Source: Bacteroidales bacterium (GTDB taxonomy: Bacteria; Bacteroidota; Bacteroidia; Bacteroidales; UBA932). From it: a stretch of DNA of 51,774 nt. Below the pieces are notes generated by a model. That model was not told where the DNA came from. It ran no database searches and saw only the letters and a list, made by a program, of their open reading frames with translations. Positions 44,354 to 51,774 of the stretch are shown here, piece by piece (the first letter of the stretch is position 1; each line of letters opens with the position of its first letter). Position numbers and translations under genes: made by a program. The stretch is taken from contig JAFOER010000006.1 of assembly GCA_017380095.1 (NCBI GenBank), positions 1 to 51,774 on the forward strand, given 5' to 3'.

Positions 44354-45575
44354 CGGCAGCCTTGCGACCGTTATAGATTATCTTTGAGAAAAATCTGATT
44401 ATAACTATAAGGAAGAGTATTACAAACAGGGATATCTCTGCAAACAGCCTTTCATCTATCTGGGTTGTGGCTGTTATGGTTTCAGGATCTTCTGCAAGAA
44501 TTTTCCCAATCTCCGCTGCAGGATAGCTCCTTCTCCCCCATTTCTTTACAACGATGCCGTCATTTATATAGGTAAGGCCACCGTTTGAGCGGTTCAAAGA
44601 GATAACTGCCTTATAGTCGGAATAGAGAATTTCAAATCCCGCAAAAAGCTCCTCTGTCTGTTCTGCAGAATTTGAACTTACAATGTAAAGTTCCACACCT
44701 TTTTGCTGCAGGGTATCTGCCAGTGCCGCTATTGTGTACACATCTGCTGTATCCAGTCTGCCGGCATTATAAACGGAAACAAGAAAAACCGGCCCATCTG
44801 CCTCAAGAATACCGTCACCCGAAGGATTCCCCTGTGCATCAATAAATGAAAGGTTGGAACTGGCATCCCCCTCTGCCCCGCTTACAAGGATGTTGCGGGC
44901 ATCAACAAATGTCCAGGTGCTGTCGGGAAGATTTTCCAGATTGAACTCCTTTTCCTCACCATCCTTTGAATATACAAGAACGGTTTCATATTCACGCTCC
45001 TGCATTGATTGCTGCGATGCAATGAGGTCCGTTCCCGGTTTGTATATGCCAAAATCTATCTGTGGTATATTGCCCAGAGTGTAAATCTGAAGTGACAACA
45101 GGAGCACTCCGTAAAGTGAAAGATACCCCCATTCAATCTTGGGCTTGGCAATTGGCACAAACCTTTTCCTCTGGAAAAACACCACCAGTGCAGCCACAAG
45201 CAAAAAGAGGTTCTTTATGAACGTTCCGGTATTGCTCAGGTGAATCGCCTCACCAAAACATCCGCAATCGCTTACAGGATTGGCAATTGCTATCCATAGG
45301 GTAAGAAGTGTAAAGAATGATATGAAACCAAGGGCTATTTTGGAGAACAGCTGTATCCTCAACCCTTTGAGGATTGCCACCCCCACGAGAAACTCCGCCG
45401 TTGTGAGAAGAACTCCGGAAGGGACAGAAAGGAAATCCAGGAAATCCATATGGAACGCCCCAAAATACTCCTTTATTTTAAGTGAAGTACCAACAGGGTC
45501 AACAGCCTTCAGGAACCCCGAAAGCACAAACAGGATTCCAAAAGCAAATCTGCATATTGCCCTTATGATTTTCAT
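44343..45575 (-). CDS. MauE/DoxX-family membrane protein with a C-terminal extracytoplasmic domain (BT_3928-like)
   Basis: The N-terminal four-TM region carries FVLSGFLKAVDPVG and a DCGCFG motif. A soluble domain follows, then a final TM helix. Confidence 0.6.
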   Translation of the reverse strand: MKIIRAICRFAFGILFVLSGFLKAVDPVGTSLKIKEYFGAFHMDFLDFLSVPSGVLLTTAEFLVGVAILKGLRIQLFSKIALGFISFFTLLTLWIAIANPVSDCGCFGEAIHLSNTGTFIKNLFLLVAALVVFFQRKRFVPIAKPKIEWGYLSLYGVLLLSLQIYTLGNIPQIDFGIYKPGTDLIASQQSMQEREYETVLVYSKDGEEKEFNLENLPDSTWTFVDARNILVSGAEGDASSNLSFIDAQGNPSGDGILEADGPVFLVSVYNAGRLDTADVYTIAALADTLQQKGVELYIVSSNSAEQTEELFAGFEILYSDYKAVISLNRSNGGLTYINDGIVVKKWGRRSYPAAEIGKILAEDPETITATTQIDERLFAEISLFVILFLIVIIRFFSKIIYNGRKAAATS

Positions 45576-45586
45576 TTCCCTATGTA

Positions 45587-46291
45587 TTAAAAGAGTTTGT
45601 CCACCTGCTCCTTTATATTTTCAAAGATCTGTGCCGGAGGCAACATTTTCCCCTGTGCATCCTCGCAGCATACCTTTACAAAACCCGGATCCATCTCTGT
45701 CTGCTGCAGGTAAATCTCCCTCACCGACATCTGGAACCTGATGTCCGCCTCGTGGATGTCTGCCTTGCCGTTCAAGTAATCGCGGTCATCATCGCCGCTG
45801 CGGCTCTCCTTGAGTTTGGAATCCACAAACTCTATAGGCACGTTAAGGAAGAGATTCAGATCAGGCTTTGGAATGCCGTATTTGCCGTACTCAGTATCAA
45901 AAATCCAGTTGCGCAACTCCTTGGCCAGCTCCTCACGGTTCTGGGCAAACTGAGGCTGCATCATTATTTTTGAGCACTGGTATGCAATGTTGGAATAGAC
46001 ATAACGGTCAAGCAGCACGCAATCACCGGCCGCCAGCCACTCCCTTACGGTAGCGGAAGCGTCCATCCTGTCAAGGGCAAAAAGGAGTGCCACTATCTGC
46101 GGGTGCACCTGCTCAATGCTCCCGAAATCTCCACGCAAATATTTGCCTATAAGCTCGCCGTACGGCTGTGAATCATAACGGGGAAAATGGAGATATCTCA
46201 AATTCACCCCTTTACCAATAAGATACTCCTTAAGCAATTTTACCTGGGTGCTTTTTCCTGCACCGTCAAGACCTTCCAGAACAATCAACAT
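45587..46291 (-). CDS. tmk: Thymidylate kinase-like (dTMP kinase family)
   Basis: P-loop LEGLDGAGKSTQ and a DRY-type motif (LDRYVYSN). The track start at 46318 is TTG; ATG is at 46291. Confidence 0.7.
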   Translation of the reverse strand: MLIVLEGLDGAGKSTQVKLLKEYLIGKGVNLRYLHFPRYDSQPYGELIGKYLRGDFGSIEQVHPQIVALLFALDRMDASATVREWLAAGDCVLLDRYVYSNIAYQCSKIMMQPQFAQNREELAKELRNWIFDTEYGKYGIPKPDLNLFLNVPIEFVDSKLKESRSGDDDRDYLNGKADIHEADIRFQMSVREIYLQQTEMDPGFVKVCCEDAQGKMLPPAQIFENIKEQVDKLF

Positions 46292-46349
46292 ATCAATTCC
46301 AATTTGTACAATAAACAAAGATATACAATAAAATGAGAAAAATACTTTT

Positions 46350-46357
46350 TACTTTTG
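46350..46357 (+). promoter_or_regulatory. Candidate -7 promoter box (TACTTTTG) for folP
   Basis: Exact TAnnTTTG match, 37 nt upstream of the ATG at 46394. Confidence 0.4.
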
Positions 46358-46393
46358 TCAAATAATAAGCATTCCCACAAAAATATTGAGCAT

Positions 46394-47242
46394 ATGACAA
46401 CACGTAAAACCCCACAGGTAATGGGTATCATAAATGTGAACCGGGAATCCTTCTTCAGCGGAAGCAGGTTCACCGCGGCAGACGAAATCCAAAAACAGAT
46501 GGAGGAGATGATCTGCCAGGGGGCATCCATCCTGGATCTTGGGGCATGCTCAACCCGCCCTGGGAGCACTCCGGTAACGGAGGAGCAGGAGTGGGAATAC
46601 CTTAAGGTGGCACTGGAAGTTGCGGGGAAGAAGTTCCAGGGAACAAAAACCGTTTATGGGGAGGATGTACGATTCTCAATAGACACCTTCCGCAGCGGGA
46701 TTGTCCGCAGGGGATATGACATGATTGGCAATTTTACGGTAAACGACATCTCCGCCGGGGAGGATGACCTCCAGATGCTCCCCACAGTGGGAAAACTGGG
46801 GCTCCCCTACATTGCAATGCACAAAAGGGGCACTCCGGAGACCATGCAGCAGATGTGCCACTACCCCAATGGGGTTGTGGAGGAGGTAACTGAATACTTC
46901 CGGGAATTTGAGGAGCGGGCAGCCCAATACGGGATAGAAGAGTTCATCATAGACCCGGGGTTCGGATTTGCCAAGAACCTGGAGCAGAACTACACCCTTT
47001 TCAAAGGAATGCCCCGTATAGTATCCTCATTGGAGGAATCCCACGGCAAAAGGAGGAAGCTCCTTGTGGGAATCTCCCGCAAAGGGATGATCTGGCGCCC
47101 TCTTGGCATTACTCCCGACGAAGCCCTCTGCGGTACCGCAGCCCTCAATCTCCAGGCGCTCCTCCTAGGAGCCGACATAATAAGGGTGCACGACGTAAAA
47201 GAGGCCGTGCAGTGCGTGAAACTTTGGGAGTGTCTGAGATAA
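46394..47242 (+). CDS. folP: Dihydropteroate synthase
   Basis: MGIINVNRESFFSG, DLGACSTRPG and DPGFGF motifs of the pterin-binding TIM barrel. The track start at 46355 is TTG. Confidence 0.88.
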   Translation: MTTRKTPQVMGIINVNRESFFSGSRFTAADEIQKQMEEMICQGASILDLGACSTRPGSTPVTEEQEWEYLKVALEVAGKKFQGTKTVYGEDVRFSIDTFRSGIVRRGYDMIGNFTVNDISAGEDDLQMLPTVGKLGLPYIAMHKRGTPETMQQMCHYPNGVVEEVTEYFREFEERAAQYGIEEFIIDPGFGFAKNLEQNYTLFKGMPRIVSSLEESHGKRRKLLVGISRKGMIWRPLGITPDEALCGTAALNLQALLLGADIIRVHDVKEAVQCVKLWECLR

Positions 47243-47254
47243 TTGGAGAGCGGA

Positions 47255-48433
47255 CTATTTCATCAGCTCCTCAATCATACCCGGCAATTCCCGGTTCTGG
47301 AAGATACCGGCAAATTTTTCAGCCCCGGCTCCGTATGCAAAGATTGGGACAACGGTTCCGGTATGCCCTTTGGTGCTGAAAGTGAGTTTCATTCCCTCCG
47401 GTGCATTTACCGGATGGCTCTTGTACCCTACACCTGTTCCGCCGGTCTCGTGGTCTGCTGTTACCACCAAAAGGGTATTTGGATGCTCTTTCACATACGC
47501 TACAAGTGCCTTGAGCGTACGGTCGAACTCCTGCATCTCCTCAATCATACCATCTGAATCGTTGTTGTGTCCGTAACCGTCTATGATGGCACTCTCTATC
47601 ATAAGGAAGAATCCTTTTGGAGCATTCTTTTCCAATTGTTCTATGGCTTTTACAGTTGCCTTCTGAAGATATTCTGCAGGCTCGGAGAAACGGGTTGTAT
47701 CGCCGTCAGAGGCCTCTGCGGCAAGTTTTGCAGCAAGGCAAACCTCTGCACCGTCTGCGGCTCCTGCAGTTTTGTTGGAAGACTTGTTGCGGCGGTGTAC
47801 GTCCCCCATCTCAAGGATACCCACAAACTTCTCCGACTGCGTATTCAGTACAGATTTCCAGTCGAGATATACATCGTAACCTTTATTTATGAGGGTTGCT
47901 GTAAGGTCTACGGAATCGGGGCGGTTGATGAATACAGAAAGGCCTGCTCCTACAGCTACATCCACACCACTTTCGCAGAACTGCTCTGCTATCTTATAGC
48001 TCATTGAACGGGAAGTGACACCGGCATAGAATGCACCTGGAGTGGCCTCGGTAAGGGTTGTATTTACCACAATACCGGTCTTCTTGCCCATTGTCTGAGC
48101 CTTTTTTAGTACGCTCTCAAGCTGTACGCTGTCGGGACCGACACCAAGAAAACCGTTGCAGGTACGGGTACCTGTTGCCAATGCGGTTCCTCCGGCAGGG
48201 GAATCGGTAACATAGTTGTTTGCAGACTGGGTCTCATTAAGGCCAATGACAGGTGCCATCTCAAACCCCGTCTCCCCATCCTGGGACAGAAGGAGTGATG
48301 AAACCGCTCCAAATCCCATACCGTCTCCAATAAGATAAATTACGTTCTGGGGTTTCTGTGATTTCTCAGTTGTACAACTGCACACAAGTGCCAATGCCGC
48401 TGCTGCAGCAAGTATATATCTGTAAATTCTCAT
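47255..48433 (-). CDS. Alkaline phosphatase (PhoA family), lipoprotein
   Basis: LIGDGMG, the active-site region VTDSPAGGTALATG and ADHETGG. Signal peptide with Cys (LVCSC). Confidence 0.88.
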   Translation of the reverse strand: MRIYRYILAAAAALALVCSCTTEKSQKPQNVIYLIGDGMGFGAVSSLLLSQDGETGFEMAPVIGLNETQSANNYVTDSPAGGTALATGTRTCNGFLGVGPDSVQLESVLKKAQTMGKKTGIVVNTTLTEATPGAFYAGVTSRSMSYKIAEQFCESGVDVAVGAGLSVFINRPDSVDLTATLINKGYDVYLDWKSVLNTQSEKFVGILEMGDVHRRNKSSNKTAGAADGAEVCLAAKLAAEASDGDTTRFSEPAEYLQKATVKAIEQLEKNAPKGFFLMIESAIIDGYGHNNDSDGMIEEMQEFDRTLKALVAYVKEHPNTLLVVTADHETGGTGVGYKSHPVNAPEGMKLTFSTKGHTGTVVPIFAYGAGAEKFAGIFQNRELPGMIEELMK

Positions 48434-48445
48434 ATGTTCAGGAAA

Positions 48446-48784
48446 TTATTTCAAACTGTATTTTGCCCCGCAGTCGAGGATAAAATCAAGGATATCTGCA
48501 AAGACGCACTCTGCATCTGAAGGTACACCTACACCTGCCATTTCGCCAAACTCGTCATAAAGTTCATCGGGAAGATCCTTTACTTCAACGGCAAGTGATT
48601 CTGCCATTTTGAGGGCCTCCTCCTTCTCTACAGTTGCGGTTTTTGTAAAGTTATTGCCCTCATCTTCATAATCCTCAAAATCATGCTCAACTACAAGTTC
48701 TCCATTTGCATTTACTGTTGCTGTAACCGATGCAACAGCCTCAAGATCACCGTCTGTTTCAATTATAATTCTTTCGTTTTCCAT
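48446..48784 (-). CDS. Small, highly acidic hypothetical protein
   Basis: 112 aa from the first ATG, D/E-rich, with no signal peptide. Has its own TAAATTTG box upstream. No motif recognised. Confidence 0.5.
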   Translation of the reverse strand: MENERIIIETDGDLEAVASVTATVNANGELVVEHDFEDYEDEGNNFTKTATVEKEEALKMAESLAVEVKDLPDELYDEFGEMAGVGVPSDAECVFADILDFILDCGAKYSLK

Positions 48785-48815
48785 ATCCAATGCTGTTTGT
48801 AAAAATATATCCTAA

Positions 48816-48823
48816 CAAATTTA
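48816..48823 (-). promoter_or_regulatory. Candidate -7 promoter box (TAAATTTG) for the acidic protein / alkaline phosphatase unit
   Basis: Exact TAnnTTTG match on the minus strand, 32 nt upstream of the ATG at 48784. Confidence 0.4.
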
Positions 48824-48883
48824 CAAAAATTTTACCGCTTTTTTGTATCTTTACCACCAAATTTTTTATTGTAACACAACGCT

Positions 48884-50227
48884 ATGTCAAATAACGCATT
48901 AATGGCAGTATCTCCAATAGATGGAAGATACCGCAAACAGGTTGAAGATTTGAGCCAGTACTTTTCTGAGTACGCTCTTATAAAATATAGGGTAAGGGTT
49001 GAAATTGAGTATTTCATTGCCCTTTGCGAGCTTCCTTTGGAGCAGTTGAAGAGTTTCCCTACAGCAGATTTTGCAAAATTGAGGGCCATCTACGAGAACT
49101 TCTCTTGCGAGGATGCACAGAAGGTTAAGGATATTGAGAAGGTTACCAACCATGATGTAAAGGCTGTGGAGTACTTCATCAAGGATGAGTTCAAGAAACT
49201 TGGCATTGAGAAATACGGCGAGTTCGTACACTTTGGCCTTACTTCACAGGATATCAACAACACATCTGTTCCATTGAGCCTTCTTGAGGGTATAAGGGAT
49301 TCCTATATGCCTGCCTTGAACGAGGTTATTGATATTCTTGAGGGTTTTGCAAAGGAGTGGGAGAATGTTTCAATGCTTGCACACACCCACGGCCAGCCTG
49401 CATCCCCTACCCGTTTGGGCAAAGAGATCTACGTGTTTGTTGCACGTCTTAAAGAGCAGTTGAGACTTTTGGAGCAGGTTCCTTACTCAGCAAAATTCGG
49501 TGGCGCAACAGGTAACTTCAATGCACACAACTTTGCGTATCCTTCAATTGACTGGAACAAGTTTGCAGCATCATTCGTTGAGGGCAAACTGGGCTTGAAA
49601 CGTTCATACCCTACAACCCAGATTGAGCACTACGACAACCTTGCTGCCCTTTTCCACAACCTTGAGCGTATAAACACTATCCTTATAGACCTTGCACGTG
49701 ACATGTGGACATACATCTCAATGGAGTATTTCCGCCAGAAAGTCAAAGCTGGAGAGGTTGGTTCTTCTGCAATGCCTCACAAGGTTAACCCTATTGACTT
49801 TGAGAATGCAGAGGGTAACTTTGGTATTGCAAATGCAATCTATGCACACCTTGCAGGCAAGCTTCCTATTTCACGCCTACAGAGAGACCTTACAGACTCT
49901 ACCGTTCTAAGGAACGTAGGTGTTCCGTTGGCTCACTCAATCATCTCGCTAAGGTCATTGAAGAAAGGTTTGGGCAAACTTATCCTTAACGAAGCTGCCT
50001 TGGACCGCGACCTTGAGGCAAACTGGGCAGTTGTTGCAGAGGGTATCCAGACAGTTCTCCGCCGTGAGGGCTATCCTAACCCATACGAGGCTCTTAAAGC
50101 CCTTACCCGCGGAAATGCAGGCATCACAAAAGAGAGCATCCAGGAGTTTGTAAAGGAGCTTAACGTAAGCGACGCCGTTAAACAGGAGATTCTTGTAATC
50201 ACTCCTCAGAACTATGTAGGAAAATAA
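48884..50227 (+). CDS. purB: Adenylosuccinate lyase
   Basis: Fumarate-lyase signature SSAMPHKVNP. 447 aa. Confidence 0.93.
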   Translation: MSNNALMAVSPIDGRYRKQVEDLSQYFSEYALIKYRVRVEIEYFIALCELPLEQLKSFPTADFAKLRAIYENFSCEDAQKVKDIEKVTNHDVKAVEYFIKDEFKKLGIEKYGEFVHFGLTSQDINNTSVPLSLLEGIRDSYMPALNEVIDILEGFAKEWENVSMLAHTHGQPASPTRLGKEIYVFVARLKEQLRLLEQVPYSAKFGGATGNFNAHNFAYPSIDWNKFAASFVEGKLGLKRSYPTTQIEHYDNLAALFHNLERINTILIDLARDMWTYISMEYFRQKVKAGEVGSSAMPHKVNPIDFENAEGNFGIANAIYAHLAGKLPISRLQRDLTDSTVLRNVGVPLAHSIISLRSLKKGLGKLILNEAALDRDLEANWAVVAEGIQTVLRREGYPNPYEALKALTRGNAGITKESIQEFVKELNVSDAVKQEILVITPQNYVGK

Positions 50228-50230
50228 TTT

Positions 50231-51517
50231 ATGAAGAAACTTATGTCATTTGCCGCAGCCATCATAGTATGTGTTGCGGCATTTGCGCAAAATGCGCAGT
50301 ATGAAACATACTTTACTCCCGACAGGTTGAGGATAGACCTCACCTTTGCAGGAGATGCCTCTTACCAGAAGATATTCCTTGAAGGGCTCACCAAAGAGGG
50401 TGCCTGGAGCGGTTCCAAGACCAACCTTATAGACCCTTTCAGATACGGCGAGTATTTTATGGAGGTTCAGACGCCATCCGGTGAGGCCATCTACTCAAAA
50501 GGGTTCAACACACTGTTCCAGGAGTGGAGGACCACTGCAGATGCCCTCACAACCCCTCAGGCATTCAACAGCTCGTATGTTATCCCTTTCCCCAAGGAGA
50601 AAGTGGTGCTGAAAGTTTTTGAGAGGGTAAAGGCTACCGGTCTGCATAACGAGATCTTCTCGGTTACAATAGACCCTGCAGACAAACTTATAAGCCATGA
50701 GGTTGCAAACAACTTTAAGGTAAGCCGCATAATGTACAGCGGTGATCCTGCCAACAAGGTAGACCTCCTTTTCATTGCAGAGGGGTATACAGCACAGCAG
50801 ATGGAGAAATTCCTTGCAGATGCACGCCGTTTTGCAGATTATATGTTTACAATGCCCCCTTACAACAGGCATAAGGAGGATTTCAATATCTGGGCAGTGG
50901 AATCCATATCTGAAGAGAGCGGTACAGATATCCCTCACGAGGGGGTATGGAAGAAGACAGTTGCCAATTCCAACTTCTACACATTCCGCAGCGACCGCTA
51001 CCTCACAGCACAGAACCAGAAAACAATATGCCAGATTGCAACCGCTGCCCCATACGATGCCCTGTATGTTATTGTAAACAATGAAAAATATGGCGGTGGG
51101 GGAATCTACAATTTCTATGGATTGAGTGCAAGCGACTGCCCTTGGGCCCTTGAGGTGTTTGTGCACGAATTCGGGCATAGTTTTGCAGGGTTGGGTGACG
51201 AGTACTACGATTCCAGCACATCTTATGAGGAGTTCTACAATATAAAGATTGAACCTTGGGAGCCGAACATCACAACATTGGTAGAGTTTGACAAGAAATG
51301 GAAAGATATGCTCCCTGCAGGCACTGCCGTACCTACAGCACCTCTTTCTGATAAAAAGGACAACGTCACAATTGGTGTTTACGAGGGTGGCGGATATATG
51401 GCCAAGGGTATCTACCGTCCTGTAATGGACTGCAGGATGAAGACCAACCAGGCCCACGGGTTCTGCCCCGTTTGCCAGAGGGCAATTGAGAAGATGATAG
51501 AGTATTACTGCAAATAA
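50231..51517 (+). CDS. M64 family metallopeptidase (IgA-peptidase-like), secreted
   Basis: Signal peptide and the zinc site HEFGHSFAGLGDEY. The overall length fits M64. Confidence 0.8.
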   Translation: MKKLMSFAAAIIVCVAAFAQNAQYETYFTPDRLRIDLTFAGDASYQKIFLEGLTKEGAWSGSKTNLIDPFRYGEYFMEVQTPSGEAIYSKGFNTLFQEWRTTADALTTPQAFNSSYVIPFPKEKVVLKVFERVKATGLHNEIFSVTIDPADKLISHEVANNFKVSRIMYSGDPANKVDLLFIAEGYTAQQMEKFLADARRFADYMFTMPPYNRHKEDFNIWAVESISEESGTDIPHEGVWKKTVANSNFYTFRSDRYLTAQNQKTICQIATAAPYDALYVIVNNEKYGGGGIYNFYGLSASDCPWALEVFVHEFGHSFAGLGDEYYDSSTSYEEFYNIKIEPWEPNITTLVEFDKKWKDMLPAGTAVPTAPLSDKKDNVTIGVYEGGGYMAKGIYRPVMDCRMKTNQAHGFCPVCQRAIEKMIEYYCK

Positions 51518-51535
51518 TTGTCGGGAAGAGGAGAT

Positions 51536-51774
51536 ATGGGCAAGAAGAACTACAGATTTTTCCTTTTCGACCTCGACCGCACCCTGTGGGATTTTGACAA
51601 AAATGCCAAGACTGCGCTGTTCAAGCTTGTTGATTCCCAGCAGCTGCCGCATTTGTTTGGGGTTACGGACAAGGAGGAGTTTTTCCAGAGGTATGAGGTT
51701 ATAAACCAGGGGCTGTGGAAACAGTATGAGAGGGGTGAGATACTTAAGGAGGAACTCCGCTGCAACAGGTTCCT
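51536..51774 (+). CDS. HAD-family hydrolase (YjjG-like nucleotidase), 5' part only
   Basis: HAD motif I is FLFDLDRTLWDF. The frame runs off the right edge. Confidence 0.7.
   Translation, partial: MGKKNYRFFLFDLDRTLWDFDKNAKTALFKLVDSQQLPHLFGVTDKEEFFQRYEVINQGLWKQYERGEILKEELRCNRF

Noticed and set aside
50495-51652. 385-aa minus-strand ORF
   Set aside because: It is antisense to the M64 peptidase (HEFGH zinc site on the plus strand) and to the start of the HAD gene. It is Cys/Val/Leu-rich shadow translation.

Overview
Dense chromosomal segment of a Bacteroidota (Bacteroidales-like) genome with about 48 protein genes and one tRNA. I saw no rRNA, CRISPR array, transposase or integrase. The phylum call rests on two things. 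First, gene content: an lpxD-lpxC-fabZ-lpxA block, a TonB-dependent receptor with a carboxypeptidase-regulatory-like N-domain, DUF4290, DUF3078, an archaeal-type ProS and an NfnAB-like pair. Second, eleven exact matches to the Bacteroides -7 promoter box TAnnTTTG sit just upstream of gene starts. Most of the window is housekeeping: pyrE, ftsK, a lolA-like gene, hisS, tRNA-Met, infB-nusA-rimP, lipid A genes, proS, tmk, folP and purB. Unusual or accessory content: (i) An AT-rich islet (1134..3777) abuts the 3' end of the pyrE-to-rRNA-methyltransferase gene string. It carries an untracked 51-aa basic ORF with its own promoter box and terminator, a small MazG-type NTP pyrophosphohydrolase, and a GIY-YIG nuclease fused to a DUF2075 P-loop helicase. 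This is my best candidate for an undescribed nucleic-acid-targeting or anti-phage module. (ii) A ~85-nt direct repeat brackets a DUF169 gene. (iii) A DUF4160-DUF2442 two-gene cassette lies in a second AT-rich insertion (8811..9456). (iv) A self-contained three-gene operon looks like a metal-acquisition system: a Cys/His-rich membrane protein, a TonB-dependent receptor, and a secreted HMA protein with an alternating-His tail. (v) A lipoprotein with 21 Trp in 74 residues and an RGG/SY-rich tail sits directly upstream of a FadL-like barrel. (vi) lpxC and fabZ are separated by a single in-frame stop codon. (vii) A GH9-CE4 fusion enzyme. (viii) A four-gene, translationally coupled ArnT/LtaS/GtrA/GT2 envelope-modification operon. 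All functional calls come from motif recognition in the supplied translations and my own reading of the DNA. No database search was possible, and GC statements are by-eye estimates. Several ORF-track starts are TTG/GTG codons; I moved those to the first ATG.
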